Shown piece after piece: positions 13,003-25,309 of a stretch of 64,000 nucleotides of DNA. A program made the translations under genes and the position numbers. The notes below the pieces were generated by a model. That model was not told the DNA's origin. It saw nothing but the letters and a program-made list of their open reading frames with translations, and searched no databases. Every line of letters starts with the position of its first letter. Positions within the stretch are counted from its first letter, which is position 1. The stretch comes from the human T2T-CHM13v2.0 reference genome, Homo sapiens: NCBI RefSeq assembly GCF_009914755.1, contig NC_060941.1. One strand, written 5' to 3'.

Positions 13003-13370
13003 ATGCCTTAGGGCTTTGGTACTGACTGTTCTCTCTGTTTAAAAGACTCTTCTCCCAGCACTTCAAGTGGCTGACAGTCTCGCATCAGTAACTCTTTCTC
13101 AAAGTAACTCTCAACCGGTTAACTAGAAGCAGAGACCAAAACTATGTTTTATTATATCATCCAGCTTTATTCATTTACAGTCCTTATTATCTGAATATAT
13201 TTTTTATGTATTTAGGTAGCTATATCTCTACATAGCTATCTTCACTCAAACCCAAGGTCCATGAAGACAATGGATTTTCTATATTGCTCACCACTGTATC
13301 CTCAAGCCTAGAACCCTACATGGCACATAATAATCCCTCAATAAATATTTGCTAAATAGATGAATGAATT
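13003..13370 (+). mobile_element. L2 3' end
   Basis: 'gctcaccactgtatcctcaagcctagaac...ggcacataa...ctcaataaatatttgctaaatagatgaatgaat'. Confidence 0.75.
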
Positions 13371-13509
13371 AACTTTGTGTTACTCTTAGCCATTTGTTTT
13401 GGTCATAAATATGATACTGTGTTTGAAAACACAGGCTATCAAAGTACAGAGGGTATTGCATTATGTTCAATGCAGAACCAGGAACTCTCCTGTTAATAGG
13501 GAAATGTTA

Positions 13510-13990
13510 CTTGAATCCCGATTATAAAACATAACAAAGCAAGCAAATAAATTCACACACACACACATACACACACACAACAATTTTAAAAGTCATTTTG
13601 GGGACAGTCCAGGATATTTAATATGTACTCTATGGTACATGGTGATATGTTAAATTCATTTTCTTACTGTGATAATGGTATTCTGGTTCTACAGGAGAAT
13701 GACTTTGACTTTAGAATGTGATGCTGAATTATCCAAGGATGAAGTGTCAAACTATCTAAAATTTACTTTTAAATGACTCAGCAAAAGCAAAACTATGTAA
13801 ACTGTATATAAATCATATATTTATATCTAAATCTGTGTGTGTGTGTGGAGGGAGAGAGAGAATACGAATGTAATAAAACATTAATTATTAGTGAATATAG
13901 GTGAAATGCCCATGTTACAAGTCTTCATTTTACAATTATTTTAGCTTTTCAGTAGGTTTGAACATCCATAAACTAAAATTTGCAAGGAAA
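13510..13990 (+). mobile_element. L1MC-type 3' UTR fragment with (CA)n and (TG)/(GA) tracts
   Basis: 'cattttggggacagt...tgtgataatggtattctggtt...gatgctgaatt...gatgaagtgtc...ttttcagtaggtttgaa'. Confidence 0.65.
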
Positions 13991-15470
13991 TTAAGAAAAT
14001 ATTTCTGATATGACATAACTGTTTAATATTTCCTTGAAATTTATTCTTCAATTTCTGTATTTACATATCTGTTTAGTGACATCAAAATGCTTAAGATGAC
14101 AAGATGGAAAAGAACAAAGTTTGTAAAAAGCTGCGTGTGACTCTCAATAATCTACTTTAGTCTCTTTCTTTAAATTTTATAGATATACTCGAATTGTAAA
14201 AATTTCTCCCATTTAGTCTAAGGGAGAAGAGGTTTGATCGACTTTATGAGAACTATTTATATCTGAGTTATCATAACACATAAACGAAGAGTGTCATCAC
14301 CAAGGGCAGTTATTTACAGGAAAATAGATTTTACTAAAATAGATTTTCTATCTCCAAATTTATATACTGTACATACTCTAAAATAATTCAATGAACTTGG
14401 AAACTGGTAGACATATTAAATATAATAACTAAAGAACAATAAAATGAAAATTTTTCTCACCTTTCTGTTTTTATGAGCATCTTTCAACAATAGACACAAT
14501 GCAATATTTGCCTCTGGGTCTCAATGTTCAAGTACATGGAAATAATTTTGAAGATTGCTAGCTTTGTATGCAGGTAGCTAATTATTGATTAGAACCTTTT
14601 CTCATTACAGGGAAAACTGATTATCTACTCTCATGGCTCAAGACAATAAAATAAAGGGACAGTTAATAATGTGTAGTCGTGCATTTCACGAAAAAAGTTA
14701 CAGTTGGAATTGTGAAAAAGTGGATACGCTTATTTTACACCACCTAGTCATTTTTAACCAAGAAACAATTGGCACAAAAATGTGTTTTCAATACAAATGT
14801 TTGGATGGACCCACTAATCTTTCTTGTAAATATGTGATACTTTTTCACTAGTTGTTTCACAGTAGCAAACACTGGAAATAGGAGGCTTTACTACAAATGC
14901 TATTTTACTTTGTCAGTTTCAGTTGACTTATCCTATGAAAGATCCAAGACTAAAAATCATAGGATCCTATCTCAGTAATCAGGTCGACAAGATACAGGAT
15001 TTTGTGCAGCATTTTATGATGAAGATTTAGAGAGATTTTTAATGAATTCTGGAGTAAAATCATTATGATGCTGTTTACAAATTAAAGTTAATAGTAACAA
15101 GGGAATAGATTGTTGAGGAAGCTATCTTACTAACAGTGTTCTTCTTGAGAGCACTTGGTAATTAACCAGAATTAAAATTTTTATCGTCACTTTTACTTTC
15201 CTTTGGACCATTTTGTCTCTATAAATATGTTATTCCTATGTGTCCTTGAGAATAAACATTTATCTCTGAACTCCTGCCTTCATATACAAACTTCTCTTTC
15301 TTTGTCTCAACTATTAGTATTCATTGCTGAAGTGTTATTCAATCATACATTTAGGAGCCATTTATATTTATTCAGTAAGTTATATTTCAGTTTATAGTGG
15401 CTAATATGTATTTCAGTAAAGATTAATTCCATGCTTTGGGTATTACTTGTGGATAAAAATATCAACTAAT

Positions 15471-15627
15471 TACAAAAATTAGCAGGGGTGGTGGCACATA
15501 CTGTAGTCTCAGCTACTCAGGAGGCTGAGGCAGGAGGATCATTTTAACCCAGAGGTTGCAGTGAGCTGAGACTGTACCACTGCACTCCAGCCTGGATGAC
15601 AGAGGTGGACCCTGTCTTGAAAAAAAA
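15471..15627 (+). mobile_element. 5'-truncated AluJ-like right arm
   Basis: Starts at the A-rich linker, 'ggaggatc' J-type; TSD ATCAACTAAT at 15461-15470 and 15627-15636. Confidence 0.9.
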
Positions 15628-15704
15628 TCAACTAATATTCATAAGACAAATTATTACATAACTTTATCCCAGTTGAGCCTCAAGACGATCTTGGGAAATA
15701 TGTA

Positions 15705-16975
15705 GAGGCATACCTTAGAGATATTATGAGTTCTGTTCTGGACAACCACAGTATAGTAAATATCACAATAAAGTGAATCACATGAACTTTTTGGTTTCCT
15801 ACTTCATCTAAATGTTATGTTGACACTATACTGTAGTGTGATAAATGTACAATCACATTACATCTTAAAGCAATGTACCTTAATTTAAAAATACTTTATT
15901 GCTGATAAATGTTAACAATCACCTGAACCTTCAGCAAGTTGTCATCTTTTGTAGTGGAGGATCTTGCCTCATTGTTGATAGGTGTGTGCTGATAAGGGTG
16001 GTGGTTGCTGAAGACTGTAGTAGCTGTGGCAATTTTTTTTCTTTTTTTGATGGAGTCTCACTCTGTCGCCAAGCTGGAGGGCAGTGGCACAATCTGGGCT
16101 CACTGCAACCTCCGCCTCCCGGTTCAAGCAATTCTCCTGCCTCAGCCTCCCGAGTAGCTGGGACCACAGGCACGTGACACCATGCCTGGCTCATTTTTTG
16201 TATTTTTAGTAGAGACGGGGTTTGACCATGTTGGCCAGGATGGTCTCGAACTCCAGACCTCGGGATCCGCCCGCCTCGGCCTTCCAAAGTGCTGGGATTT
16301 ACAGGTGTGAGCCACTGCACCAGGCCGGCAATTTCGTAAAATAAGATAACAGTGAAGTTTGATGCACAGAATGATTCTTTCTTTCACAGAAGATTTCTCT
16401 GTAGCATCTGATGCTGTTTGATTGCATTTTACCCACAGTATTTCTTCTTGCAAAATTAGTTAATCCTCACAAGCCCTGCCTCGGCTTTATCAACTAAAGT
16501 TATGAAATATTTGGAATCATTTGTTTTTATTTCAACACTGTTCACAGCATCTTCACTAGGAGTAGTGGTACTACTTTTGCAATTTCCGCCACATCTGCAG
16601 TTACTTCCTTCACTGAAGTCTTGAAATGTTTCAAACCTTTCAAAATTGATTCCAGTCCTAATGGATGGAAACCTTTCATCCATGATGATTGCAATCAACT
16701 TCTTCCAAACGTCTGTTAATGTTGATTTTTTGACATCCTTCCATGAAACAAGAATGTTCTTAATGGCATCTAGAATGGCAATTTTCTTTCAGAAGGTTTT
16801 CAGTTTACTTTGCCCGAATCCATCACAGGATTAACTGTCTATGGCTGCTATAGCTTTATAATATATACTTATTAAATAATAAGACTTGAAAGTCACAATT
16901 GTTTTTGATCCATGGGATGCAGAATGGATGTGTTAACAGGCATGAAAACCACATTAATCTCGTTACACATCTCCT
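15705..16975 (-). mobile_element. Tigger1 DNA transposon, 3' half with transposase remnant, interrupted by an Alu
   Basis: TA followed by TIR 'gaggcataccttagagatatt'; ORF 16893-17123 contains NVVFMPVNTSILHPMDQ (pogo/DDE_1 motif); ORF 16456-16698 resembles the transposase C-terminus. Confidence 0.9.
16033..16326 (-). mobile_element. AluS (Sc-like) inserted in Tigger1
   Basis: Antisense Alu; TSD GGCAATTT at 16028-16035 and 16327-16334. Confidence 0.95.
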
Positions 16976-17724
16976 TTGCAGGACAATCTGCATCAGAAAA
17001 TTGGGCAACTCTGCAGAATTGTAGGGATTGAGACTTGGAAGCCTTCATGTTGCTTAATTGGAGAATAGAGGTGGAGTTACACTTCACTAGGGTCCACCTC
17101 TGAGTATGTGGAAATAAAATCAAAGAAAATCACTGGCCTCTGGTTTTGAAAAACTGAAGAAGAAGAAAAAATAAAGTCAGGTTACTGAAAGTAACAGGTG
17201 AAAGCTAGAAAAATGTGGAAAATAGAGCTAAAGGTCTCCAAAAAAAATAAAGAAATGCAAAAAAAAAATGCAGGACATTGACAGAGTGGTCCATCTAAGT
17301 AGTCAATGCTAGATGTCACTTTGCTGAGTTACTCTGACAGCCGCTTGAGTTCACAGAGTAAACAGACAAAAGGGTGGTAGGAAACCAGGAAAACAAGGGC
17401 TCTGGTGTCATTAGCAAAGGAGGCTACGGTGCTCTTAAAATTTCCAGCACCAGACAGTGTCAAATATAAAATTATTAATGCTTAGGATGGAGGGAGAATT
17501 TAAAGGGTCCATAATAGTGCCAATATTTCCATAATTCTGTATAAATTTTACAGCAAGGAACAGCTTTGAGTACACCATGTCTGGATGTTTAGGAACCCCA
17601 CTTGCTCATGGTCATTCCCATGTCTTCTCCTAAAGATGAATTATGGATCCTAGTTAGCACCCAGAGACTTAGCTGAGACCCTTCTGTGCTCTTCACTTAC
17701 AATTTCCAGTCTCCTTTTATTATA

Positions 17725-17960
17725 TTTCCACTAATGAAACATTTTTTAAATTTTCAAATCAATTATTAACCGATACTATGACAAAATGAAATAAAAAGAA
17801 ATGAGAAGGAAAATGATTACACCCTTAGAAGTGATGATAGTGTCAGATTGCTATACAGGTTTCTATATGCTCTCTTAATTTATGTAATTATCTAGTCCCA
17901 GCTCTGTAACATTTGTGGGTCAGTGACAATTCAGGGATCACATTTGAACAATTACTAGAT
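17725..17960. mobile_element. Old hAT-Charlie-type MITE, opposite-orientation relative of 28390-28700
   Basis: 'tgtcagattgctatacaggtttctatatgctctcttaattt...cacatttgaacaattactag'. Confidence 0.4.
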
Positions 17961-18714
17961 GACCTGGTGCCTCTCTTTATTGTAATTCAATGTATGGATA
18001 GGACATAATTTTTACATATTTTAGTAAAGTTCTAGAGGTAAAATTTGAGGTCATAACTTTTTAGTGCAAATCTCATTGTTTTCAAAACTATTTGCAAGAT
18101 ATTGTTAAAGTGGCTTGGGGTGCCTTTGAATTAAAGTTTCCTTTTTCTAGGTGAAAAAAAAAAATAGCAAATGTTGGCGGTGGCATTGGCCTGCATCTTA
18201 CTACTACTTTCTCAGTGCTCCTGGGCTTAGAAGGAGACGTTTGGAGGATAAAACATTGTTCTTCAGTTGTAAAACATTTGGAAGATAAAACTCTACAGTC
18301 TCTGTCTAGCTTCTGCATATCTTTGATCAATCAATTCAAAATATTATGAACTTATTTTTCCCTGAGCTGTTACCAAGACGAGTTTGCAACAGTGGGGACA
18401 AATTGAGAAATCTCCTTGAGAAAGATGCTATAAATTAAAATGTTCTGAGTTTTTCATCCTGCCTTTGCATAATTATCCATTGTCTGGGTTTCAGAAATTT
18501 TTGAAAATAAATAAATCTTGGCATGTCCCATAGATTGTATACTATGCAAGATTTCTAATCAACCTACTTTCATCTGTGTTACGTGTTGCCATTATGTAAA
18601 TAATGAAGTTTCTTGGATTGCTTGCCTTTCCCCTTGTCCAAACACACACAGTCTTGGCAGAAATATAATAAGTTGCTAATAAGGATTTTAGGCCTATTTT
18701 TTGTATAAATATTT

Positions 18715-18870
18715 GAGATGCTACAATAAAATAATATTGATAGTGAATGCATATATAGCACTTACTATAGACCAGGATCTGTTCTAAATGTTTTATATGC
18801 AGTAACAAATTTAGCCTACTTAACAACCTAATGGAATTTTCACTGTTAGTCTCCCCATTGTTCATGCACT
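18715..18870 (-). mobile_element. MIR fragment
   Basis: 'agcacttactatagaccaggatctgttctaaatgtttt...tttagcctacttaacaaccta'. Confidence 0.65.
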
Positions 18871-19817
18871 GCTATCATCTTCATTTTACCATGTTGTTAG
18901 GGTGAACCAATGTTGTTTTTGAAAATAGGTCAGGGCCTTCTCTTGAAGGTCCTATTCCCCTTGTTAAATCATTGCAAATGGAATATACCAAATTCAGTAA
19001 AGAAACTTGAGCAGCTCTGGTAAATTAAGTCAATTAAATTATTTTATCACATTCGTAGAGTATTGGGCATTCCCATTATTCCAGTTCACCAGGCAGAACT
19101 TTCAGAGGCCAAGACTTCCTTTTTCTTATTACATAGCTCACTTCCCATTAACCCTATTCAAAATCAATGATTTCTTGACATTAAAAAATATCTGCTCTTT
19201 TATCCAGATATTTGCAAATTTCTTGGTGTTTAAAAAATTAAACATCTGGGTGGTTGTCTTCTTTCATTTTAAACCCAGTGATGTTTTTCTGAAAACTCAT
19301 GATTGTATTATCAAAATTGCAATTCTCACCTCTGCCACTTCTTAGCATGGTGTATGCTACCAGCTTGCTAGGTTAGCAGTAGGTTAGTATAATGAAGCTG
19401 GAGCCAGGATAATGACACAGTGAAGAAGTATGTTTCAGTGGTGAATTACATGAGCTACAATTTCTTCATTGCAGCATTCCCCCAAAGGCTTCTTTATTCT
19501 ATTGCCATTGACCATCACGGTAACAGCTCATACCATGAAGTCTTTTATAGTGGCATTACCAGAAATGAAAGATGGAAATGTGAAGTTTGCCCACATTTTC
19601 TTTTTTTATTTTGTAATGAGTGTAAATTTAATAATTTTATATATTTTCTTGTTTTGGAAACCTGAGGTGGTCTAATACTCAACATTTGTCAGTGCCCACT
19701 GGAAACCATTCTGAGACTCCCTGCAGCTGAGGATCACAGGTACTACTTGGGTCCATAGTCCCTTACCCGATGTCAAAGATTAACAGTTATGCAATAAATA
19801 GAAGACAGTTGAATAAA

Positions 19818-19922
19818 CTATTATCTATCTATCATCTTTCTACCTACTATCTATCATCTGTTATCTATTATCTTTCTACTATCTATTTTATCTATCTATC
19901 ATCATCTATCTATATTTATCAT
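19818..19922. repeat. Degenerate (TCTA)n/GATA tetranucleotide repeat
   Basis: Seen directly. Confidence 0.9.
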
Positions 19923-21084
19923 TGAAAGCCTTCTAAGAAAAGCGCACTGTACCTTATAATTAAATGTCTCTGTTCTTGGCTAAGAAAACAGAAATTATAA
20001 GGTACCTAAAATAAAGGGGATAGAAGTATACTGTAGACCAGAACCTGTTAGAAACATCCAGTGACTTTATATTCCTGCTTGTAAAGCTGGATAGCTGGTA
20101 AACCTCCTTGTAGTATTGACTGTAGATACCCCTACTGTATCACTTGAACCTTATGCATACATAAACTCCCTGATGTAGACCTCATCTTTCTTCTACACAA
20201 ATCAACTTGGATTCTTCCTTCAGCTCTTAGATTAGGACTTCTTGCCACTTGGAACCCACTACCCTTCCTGGCAATTTAACTGGTACCCTACCACATCAAC
20301 CTTATTTTCTCTTCCTAAGGGGAAAATGAAGCATATAGGAGTCAATTACACTTTCAGGGTTTAAAAAAATCACTGACAGATTCTGTGTCTTTCTTTAGCT
20401 CCTTTATATTCCTCAGGCTTCAATGACTGTGTAGTTCATGGTTGAATCCAAGACTTCATTTCAAACTGCTTTTTAGAATGTTTCGGACAAAAAGTCTAAA
20501 AATAGTAAAATAAAGACCAGAAATGGGTCTATGTGCTCCTATCTATCTCTTTGTTCTTTTCAGCTTTTCATTGTAATGATGTGAATTATTGCTGAACTGA
20601 TGACCTCAAACTCCTGCAAACAACTTGGATATCAGTGACCCCATGAGAATCTGTAATATCACTGGACATGAAAAGAAGCCTGGTCCCTTCTACAACCATG
20701 ACATATATTTGTATTTATGGTCCTCTGGAGAATCTTGCCTTTTCCCACCAATTTTTATTTTACTCTATCTATAGTATTGTAATTTCAGAAGAAGAAAATA
20801 AACTACATTCCATTCATTGCCTGACATGAAACCATATTTTTATTACATCTGTCAAGTGACTCTAGATATCTAATCACAAAGTGAGATCTGAGTGTGCCTT
20901 TCATGAATACTAAAAAAAATTCACTGCATCTCATATATATATACCCCAGATTCTATTTGTTACTTCTTCCATACAATCTGGATTTTCTTAAATAATTTAT
21001 ATGTAAATGGTTTAGTAAATACAATTGCTATGAATTTTCTGGTGAAAAAGAGGCATTCAATCCAAAAATTATACGTACTTTGAA

Positions 21085-21290
21085 GTAAAATTTCCTAGCT
21101 GTGAATACCTGTGGTGACACCATCTACATTAACCCAGGTATGTTTCAATTATCTCATCTGCAATATTGGTATAGTAGTAGCACCAAACTTAAAAGGTTAC
21201 AATGACAATTAAATAATTAGTATGTATAAAGTGAACACGCAGTGCCTGTCATATAGCATTTGCTATAGATATGATATCTATTATTACCAT
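21085..21290 (+). mobile_element. MIR fragment
   Basis: 'gtttcaattatctcatctgcaatattggtatagtagtagcacc...gtataaagtgaacacgcagtgcctg'. Confidence 0.6.
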
Positions 21291-21436
21291 TTGGTAGGCA
21301 TTCATTTATACTACATTTGGATCCAAGATGAAGATGTCAAACTAGATTAGCTGCTTGCATAAAATAGTGGAAACTCAAGAATGAACAAGTATCAAGATAA
21401 ATCACTTCATTTAAACAAAGTGAGATTGGTAATCTT

Positions 21437-22200
21437 TTCATTCATTCATTTTATTCATTCCTTTTTTTACTCTGGAAAATATAGGGTAGTTAGATGAGAG
21501 ATCATATTGATATTATAGTGTAGTGATAGAAAACAGAGCAAATGGATAAATAAATGCATTTGATTGTGATATATGGATGAAACTAGGTTGATATGATAGA
21601 GAATAACTAAATTGGAAGAAGGTTAAGCGTGTTCCATAGGAATTTGCATTTGAGCTGAAACCTAAAGGTAAATGGGTGAGCCATGCTAAGAGCTGGAGGC
21701 AGAGAACTCCATATAGATGGACCTTTGGCCTTTTGTAGAAATAGGAAGTATTATTTGGCTAAAGGACGGTAATCCAGAAAGAGAGTGGTGGGAATAGAAT
21801 CGGGGAGGGGGACAGACGGTAGAACGGGTAAGGCATCATGTGCCAGAATAAGGCCCTCAGTTGTTTTTTTTTTTTTTTTTTTTGCTGAGTACAGAAGAAA
21901 CCAATAGGAAGATTTTATACAAGAAAGTGATATAGCTGGATTGACATACATTAAAATCTTTCTGTCTCATGAGGAAAATGGTTTGATGTGGGTGAGGTTC
22001 TTGACAAGAATGAAAGCAACAAACTGTTTAGGAAACAACTATCAAAGTCAAGGGCAGAATGTTCTAGTATGGTAGGGGTATAGCTAAAGAAAGTGGGCAG
22101 GTTTCTGTCATATTTCAGGAGACAAATTGATTGGAACAGCTTGTGAATTTGATATGGGTGAAGCAGGAAAGATGGTTTCAGTAACTACATAAATGGCTTA
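21437..22200 (-). mobile_element. L2 LINE 3' region
   Basis: (TTCA)n tail, 'catttgagctgaaacctaaagg', 'ccaataggaagatttta...gaaagtgatat'. Confidence 0.7.
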
Positions 22201-22452
22201 CTGTATATTTTAAACTGCAAGATCTATGTGGGAAAGTAGCTGGCTAATATTAGGTCATTTATCTAATTCTCAGTCTTATCAGTTGATGATATAAACCCCT
22301 CTCACCTCTGGCTTTAGCCTTGTTTCAATCTCCGCTCACCTCCAAGCTGGATGGGGCTGGAAATAACCTTGGACAGACTCCACCCATTGCTCCTTGTGTA
22401 AATTCTGGCTTCTACCTGTTCACCAAAAATCATTTTCCCTTAACTTCTAACA

Positions 22453-22553
22453 GTAGATTACAGTACTGGATTTCATTTTCACTCATAGAATAGCAGTAGT
22501 AGTAGTATGTAGACTGTAGTACTAGATTTCATTTTTGCTCATAGCATAGCAGT
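22453..22553. repeat. 45-bp tandem duplication with (AGT)n spacer
   Basis: 22453-22497 vs 22509-22553, 38/45 identical. Confidence 0.85.
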
Positions 22554-22983
22554 CAAATTTTTTCTCCATCACCACCCAGGTTCATCTTCAGCCCAGGAAT
22601 GAGTCTTTAAAGCAGTCTGTCTCAAACAATGTTTCCCATTTGGCGGTGCTGTATATCTTGAGCTATTTTGTTTTAGACCCCTCTACACCTGATTTTTCAG
22701 TCTACTCAAAGTACTCTTACCACTTGATTTGTCAGTTTACCAGAAGTTTGTACCTTGGTTTTATCCCATGATACTCTTCTCCCATTTCTTCTCTTAGCTT
22801 TGCCTATCAATTTTGACTCAAAACTTATCCCTTATTTTATAATTACTATTAACAGCTTTATGTAAATAGTCCTCCTGAGCCTGAGAAAGCTGTCTCTTCC
22901 AAAGAACTTAAATGCCACACTCTCACTGTTTGTCTTGTAGGTGCAATAGAGACATAAGAATCCCTGACTTGATTCTTAACCTA

Positions 22984-23062
22984 TTAGATTTGTGCAAAAC
23001 TAATTGTGGTTTTGCCATTACTTTTAATGACAAAAACCACAATTATTTGTGCACCAAACTAA
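22984..23062. mobile_element. MADE1 (Hsmar1-derived MITE)
   Basis: 79-bp quasi-palindrome 'ttagatttgtgcaaaactaattgtggttttgcca...tgacaaaaaccacaattatttgtgcaccaaactaa' flanked by TA TSDs. Confidence 0.93.
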
Positions 23063-23337
23063 TACTTAAATAAAATTTGGAAACTAAAAGCTGCCTAGGT
23101 CTTGTCAATACTTGTGCAACACTTGTAACAAGCCTCATCTCAATAGTAACTTGTTTGCCAGGCTACTAACCAGAGCCGAAGAGGAGGAGCCAAGTGAACA
23201 AAGATATTGCCATTGTTTTTACTTCAGGGTCCATCTCTCTGGAAGCTACAACTTCATCCAGCCAACAATATTAAATACCAGTACTGGTTCCAGTAGAACT
23301 TAAGTTTTCCCTCTGGATATTTTAATTTGTGTTATTG

Positions 23338-23377
23338 GTCTGTGGCCATACCACCCTGGAAGTGCCTGATCTCGTCT
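23338..23377 (+). pseudogene. 5S rRNA tailless retropseudogene (nt 1-40)
   Basis: GTCTGTGGCCATACCACCCTGGAAGTGCCTGATCTCGTCT vs 5S GTCTACGGCCATACCACCCTGAACGCGCCCGATCTCGTCT; TSD TAATTTGTGTTATTG at 23323-23337 and 23378-23392. Confidence 0.93.
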
Positions 23378-23802
23378 TAATTTGTGTTATTGAATTTTTT
23401 TCTTCAGCACCAAGGCCTATATAGCTGATTTTCTCTAGCCTCAGTTCTGGATCTTTCCCATTTCCTTACTAGTCAGTCCCACTAAAAGTGTTGCATATCT
23501 TTTGGTTTACCTTGATGTGACCTTCTAAATGTTCATCTTACAGATGTACGAATGTTAAAATAGCTTTGTTGAAAATACCACGGAGTGCTGCATACACCAA
23601 AATCTATCATTACATAGAGTAAAGTAAAAGTCCCAGTAAAATATTCTTAGAGATAAAGGTAGGCTCTCACTAACCACAGCACCGGCCCACACCTTACTTC
23701 TATAAGGTGCATATGTAAAAAATAACTTTAATATTGCAATACTGCAGTTTCTGTATTTCACCAAGTTGAAATCACAAAGCCTAGAAAAAGAGAGAAAATG
23801 AG

Positions 23803-24483
23803 CATGATGATTAATACTGAGTGACAACTTGATTGGATTGAAAGATGCAAAGTATTGATCCTGGGTGTGTCTGTGAGTGTGGTGCCAAAGGAGATTAACA
23901 TTTGAACCAGTGGGCTGGGAAAGGCAGACCCACCCTTAATCTGGGTGGCCACAATAAAATCAGCTGCCAGCTCGGCTAGAATAGAAGCAGGAGGAAAATG
24001 TGAAAAGAGAGACTGGCCTAGCCTCCCAGCCTACATCTTTCTCCCATGCTGGATGCTTCCTGTCCTGGAACATCAGACTCCAAGTTCGACTCCAAGTTCT
24101 TCAGTTTTGGAACTCAGACTCTCTCTCCTTTTCCTTCAGCCTGCAGATGGCCTCTTGTGGGACCTTGTGATCGTGTGAGTTAATACTTGATAAACTCCCA
24201 TATATATCATATATATCAGTATTTCCAACTCTCTACACATTCTATGCATATAAAAATCAACCTGATTATTTCAGAATATCTAAATGCCAGATTTCTAGAT
24301 TTTAACATTGATGGTCCCATTAACTGTTCATTTCTCTTGTGTCAAGTTAAGGTTGGGAAGCAAATGATGATAAGTTCATAAAAATTTATATGATATATAT
24401 CCACTCCATTTATATATATAAATATATATAATATATATGTATATATAATCCATTAGTTCTGCCCCCCAGAGAACCCTAATACA
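23803..24483 (+). mobile_element. MLT2A (ERVL) solo LTR carrying a foreign insertion
   Basis: 'tgatgattaatactgagtgacaacttgattggattg...gagaaccctaataca'; 5-bp TSD ATGAG at 23798-23802 and 24484-24488. Confidence 0.92.
24217..24386 (+). repeat. Dispersed direct copy of 26113-26266
   Basis: Core 24254-24386 vs 26133-26266 has about 6 differences in 134 bp. Confidence 0.95.
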
Positions 24484-24999
24484 ATGAGTGTATTAAAACA
24501 AATTATGAAAATTATGAAAAACAAATGCAGCACATATCAAAGATTAACAGTGTAATAAATATAGAAATCCACATTCAAAACCCAAACTAATGCAGCTGAG
24601 ACACTGAATTAGGGTCTTTTTACCTTATGTTTTCATCCCACACTTTAAAACATACATTGGATCTGTTAATGGGCTGCACCTCTTTTCTATTAACATAAAA
24701 ATAAAAACATCATAGGCAGTAGGTTAAATCTATAAGGGAAAGGCATACGCTTGCTTGGAAAACTAAAACAACTTGGGAAGAGTCTCTCTCCCCACAAGTA
24801 GCCAGGGCTAGTGCCATTTTTGTAAAGAACATGCAGACTCCTGAGTTACTCACTGCTCTGTGGCACTGAGGTAGATTACTATCTTTGTAGTAATGTAGAT
24901 TAATATTTTTCATCATATGACTTGCCCCATTGCTGTGTGGGAAATTCTCTAATCAATCATTCCTCTCCATCACTACCACCATTTTTAAAAAGAGATTTA

Positions 25000-25309
25000 G
25001 GCTTGGGGAGGTGGCTCATGCCTGTAATCCCAGCACTTTGGGAGGCTGAAGTGGGTAGATCACCTGAGGTCAGGAGGTTCGAGACCAGCCTGGCCAACAT
25101 GGTGAAACCCTGTCCCTACCAAAAGTACAAAAATTAGTTGGGTGTGGTGGTGCATGCCTGTAATCCCAGCCACTCGGGAGGCTGAGGCACGAGATTCACT
25201 TGAACCTGGGAGGTGGATGTTGCAGTGAGCTTAGATAGTGCTGTTGCACTCCAGGCTGGGTGTCAGAGTGAGACTCCATCTGAAAAATAATAATAATAAA
25301 ATAAAATAA
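25000..25309 (+). mobile_element. AluS (Sx/Sz-like)
   Basis: Full dimer, (TAA/TAAAA)n tail, TSD remnant AGATTTA. Confidence 0.95.

Noticed and set aside
16456-17123. Domesticated Tigger transposase gene
   Set aside because: Only short out-of-frame motif remnants; the 5' half of the element is missing and an Alu interrupts it
23338-23377. Functional 5S rRNA gene (likewise functional U2 at 41270-41309)
   Set aside because: Only 40 nt; no internal promoter boxes or terminator for 5S, no Sm site or downstream stems for U2
24076-24099. Short exact tandem duplications (12 bp here; similar at ~44795-44820 and ~54859-54888)
   Set aside because: Ordinary slippage indels inside repeats
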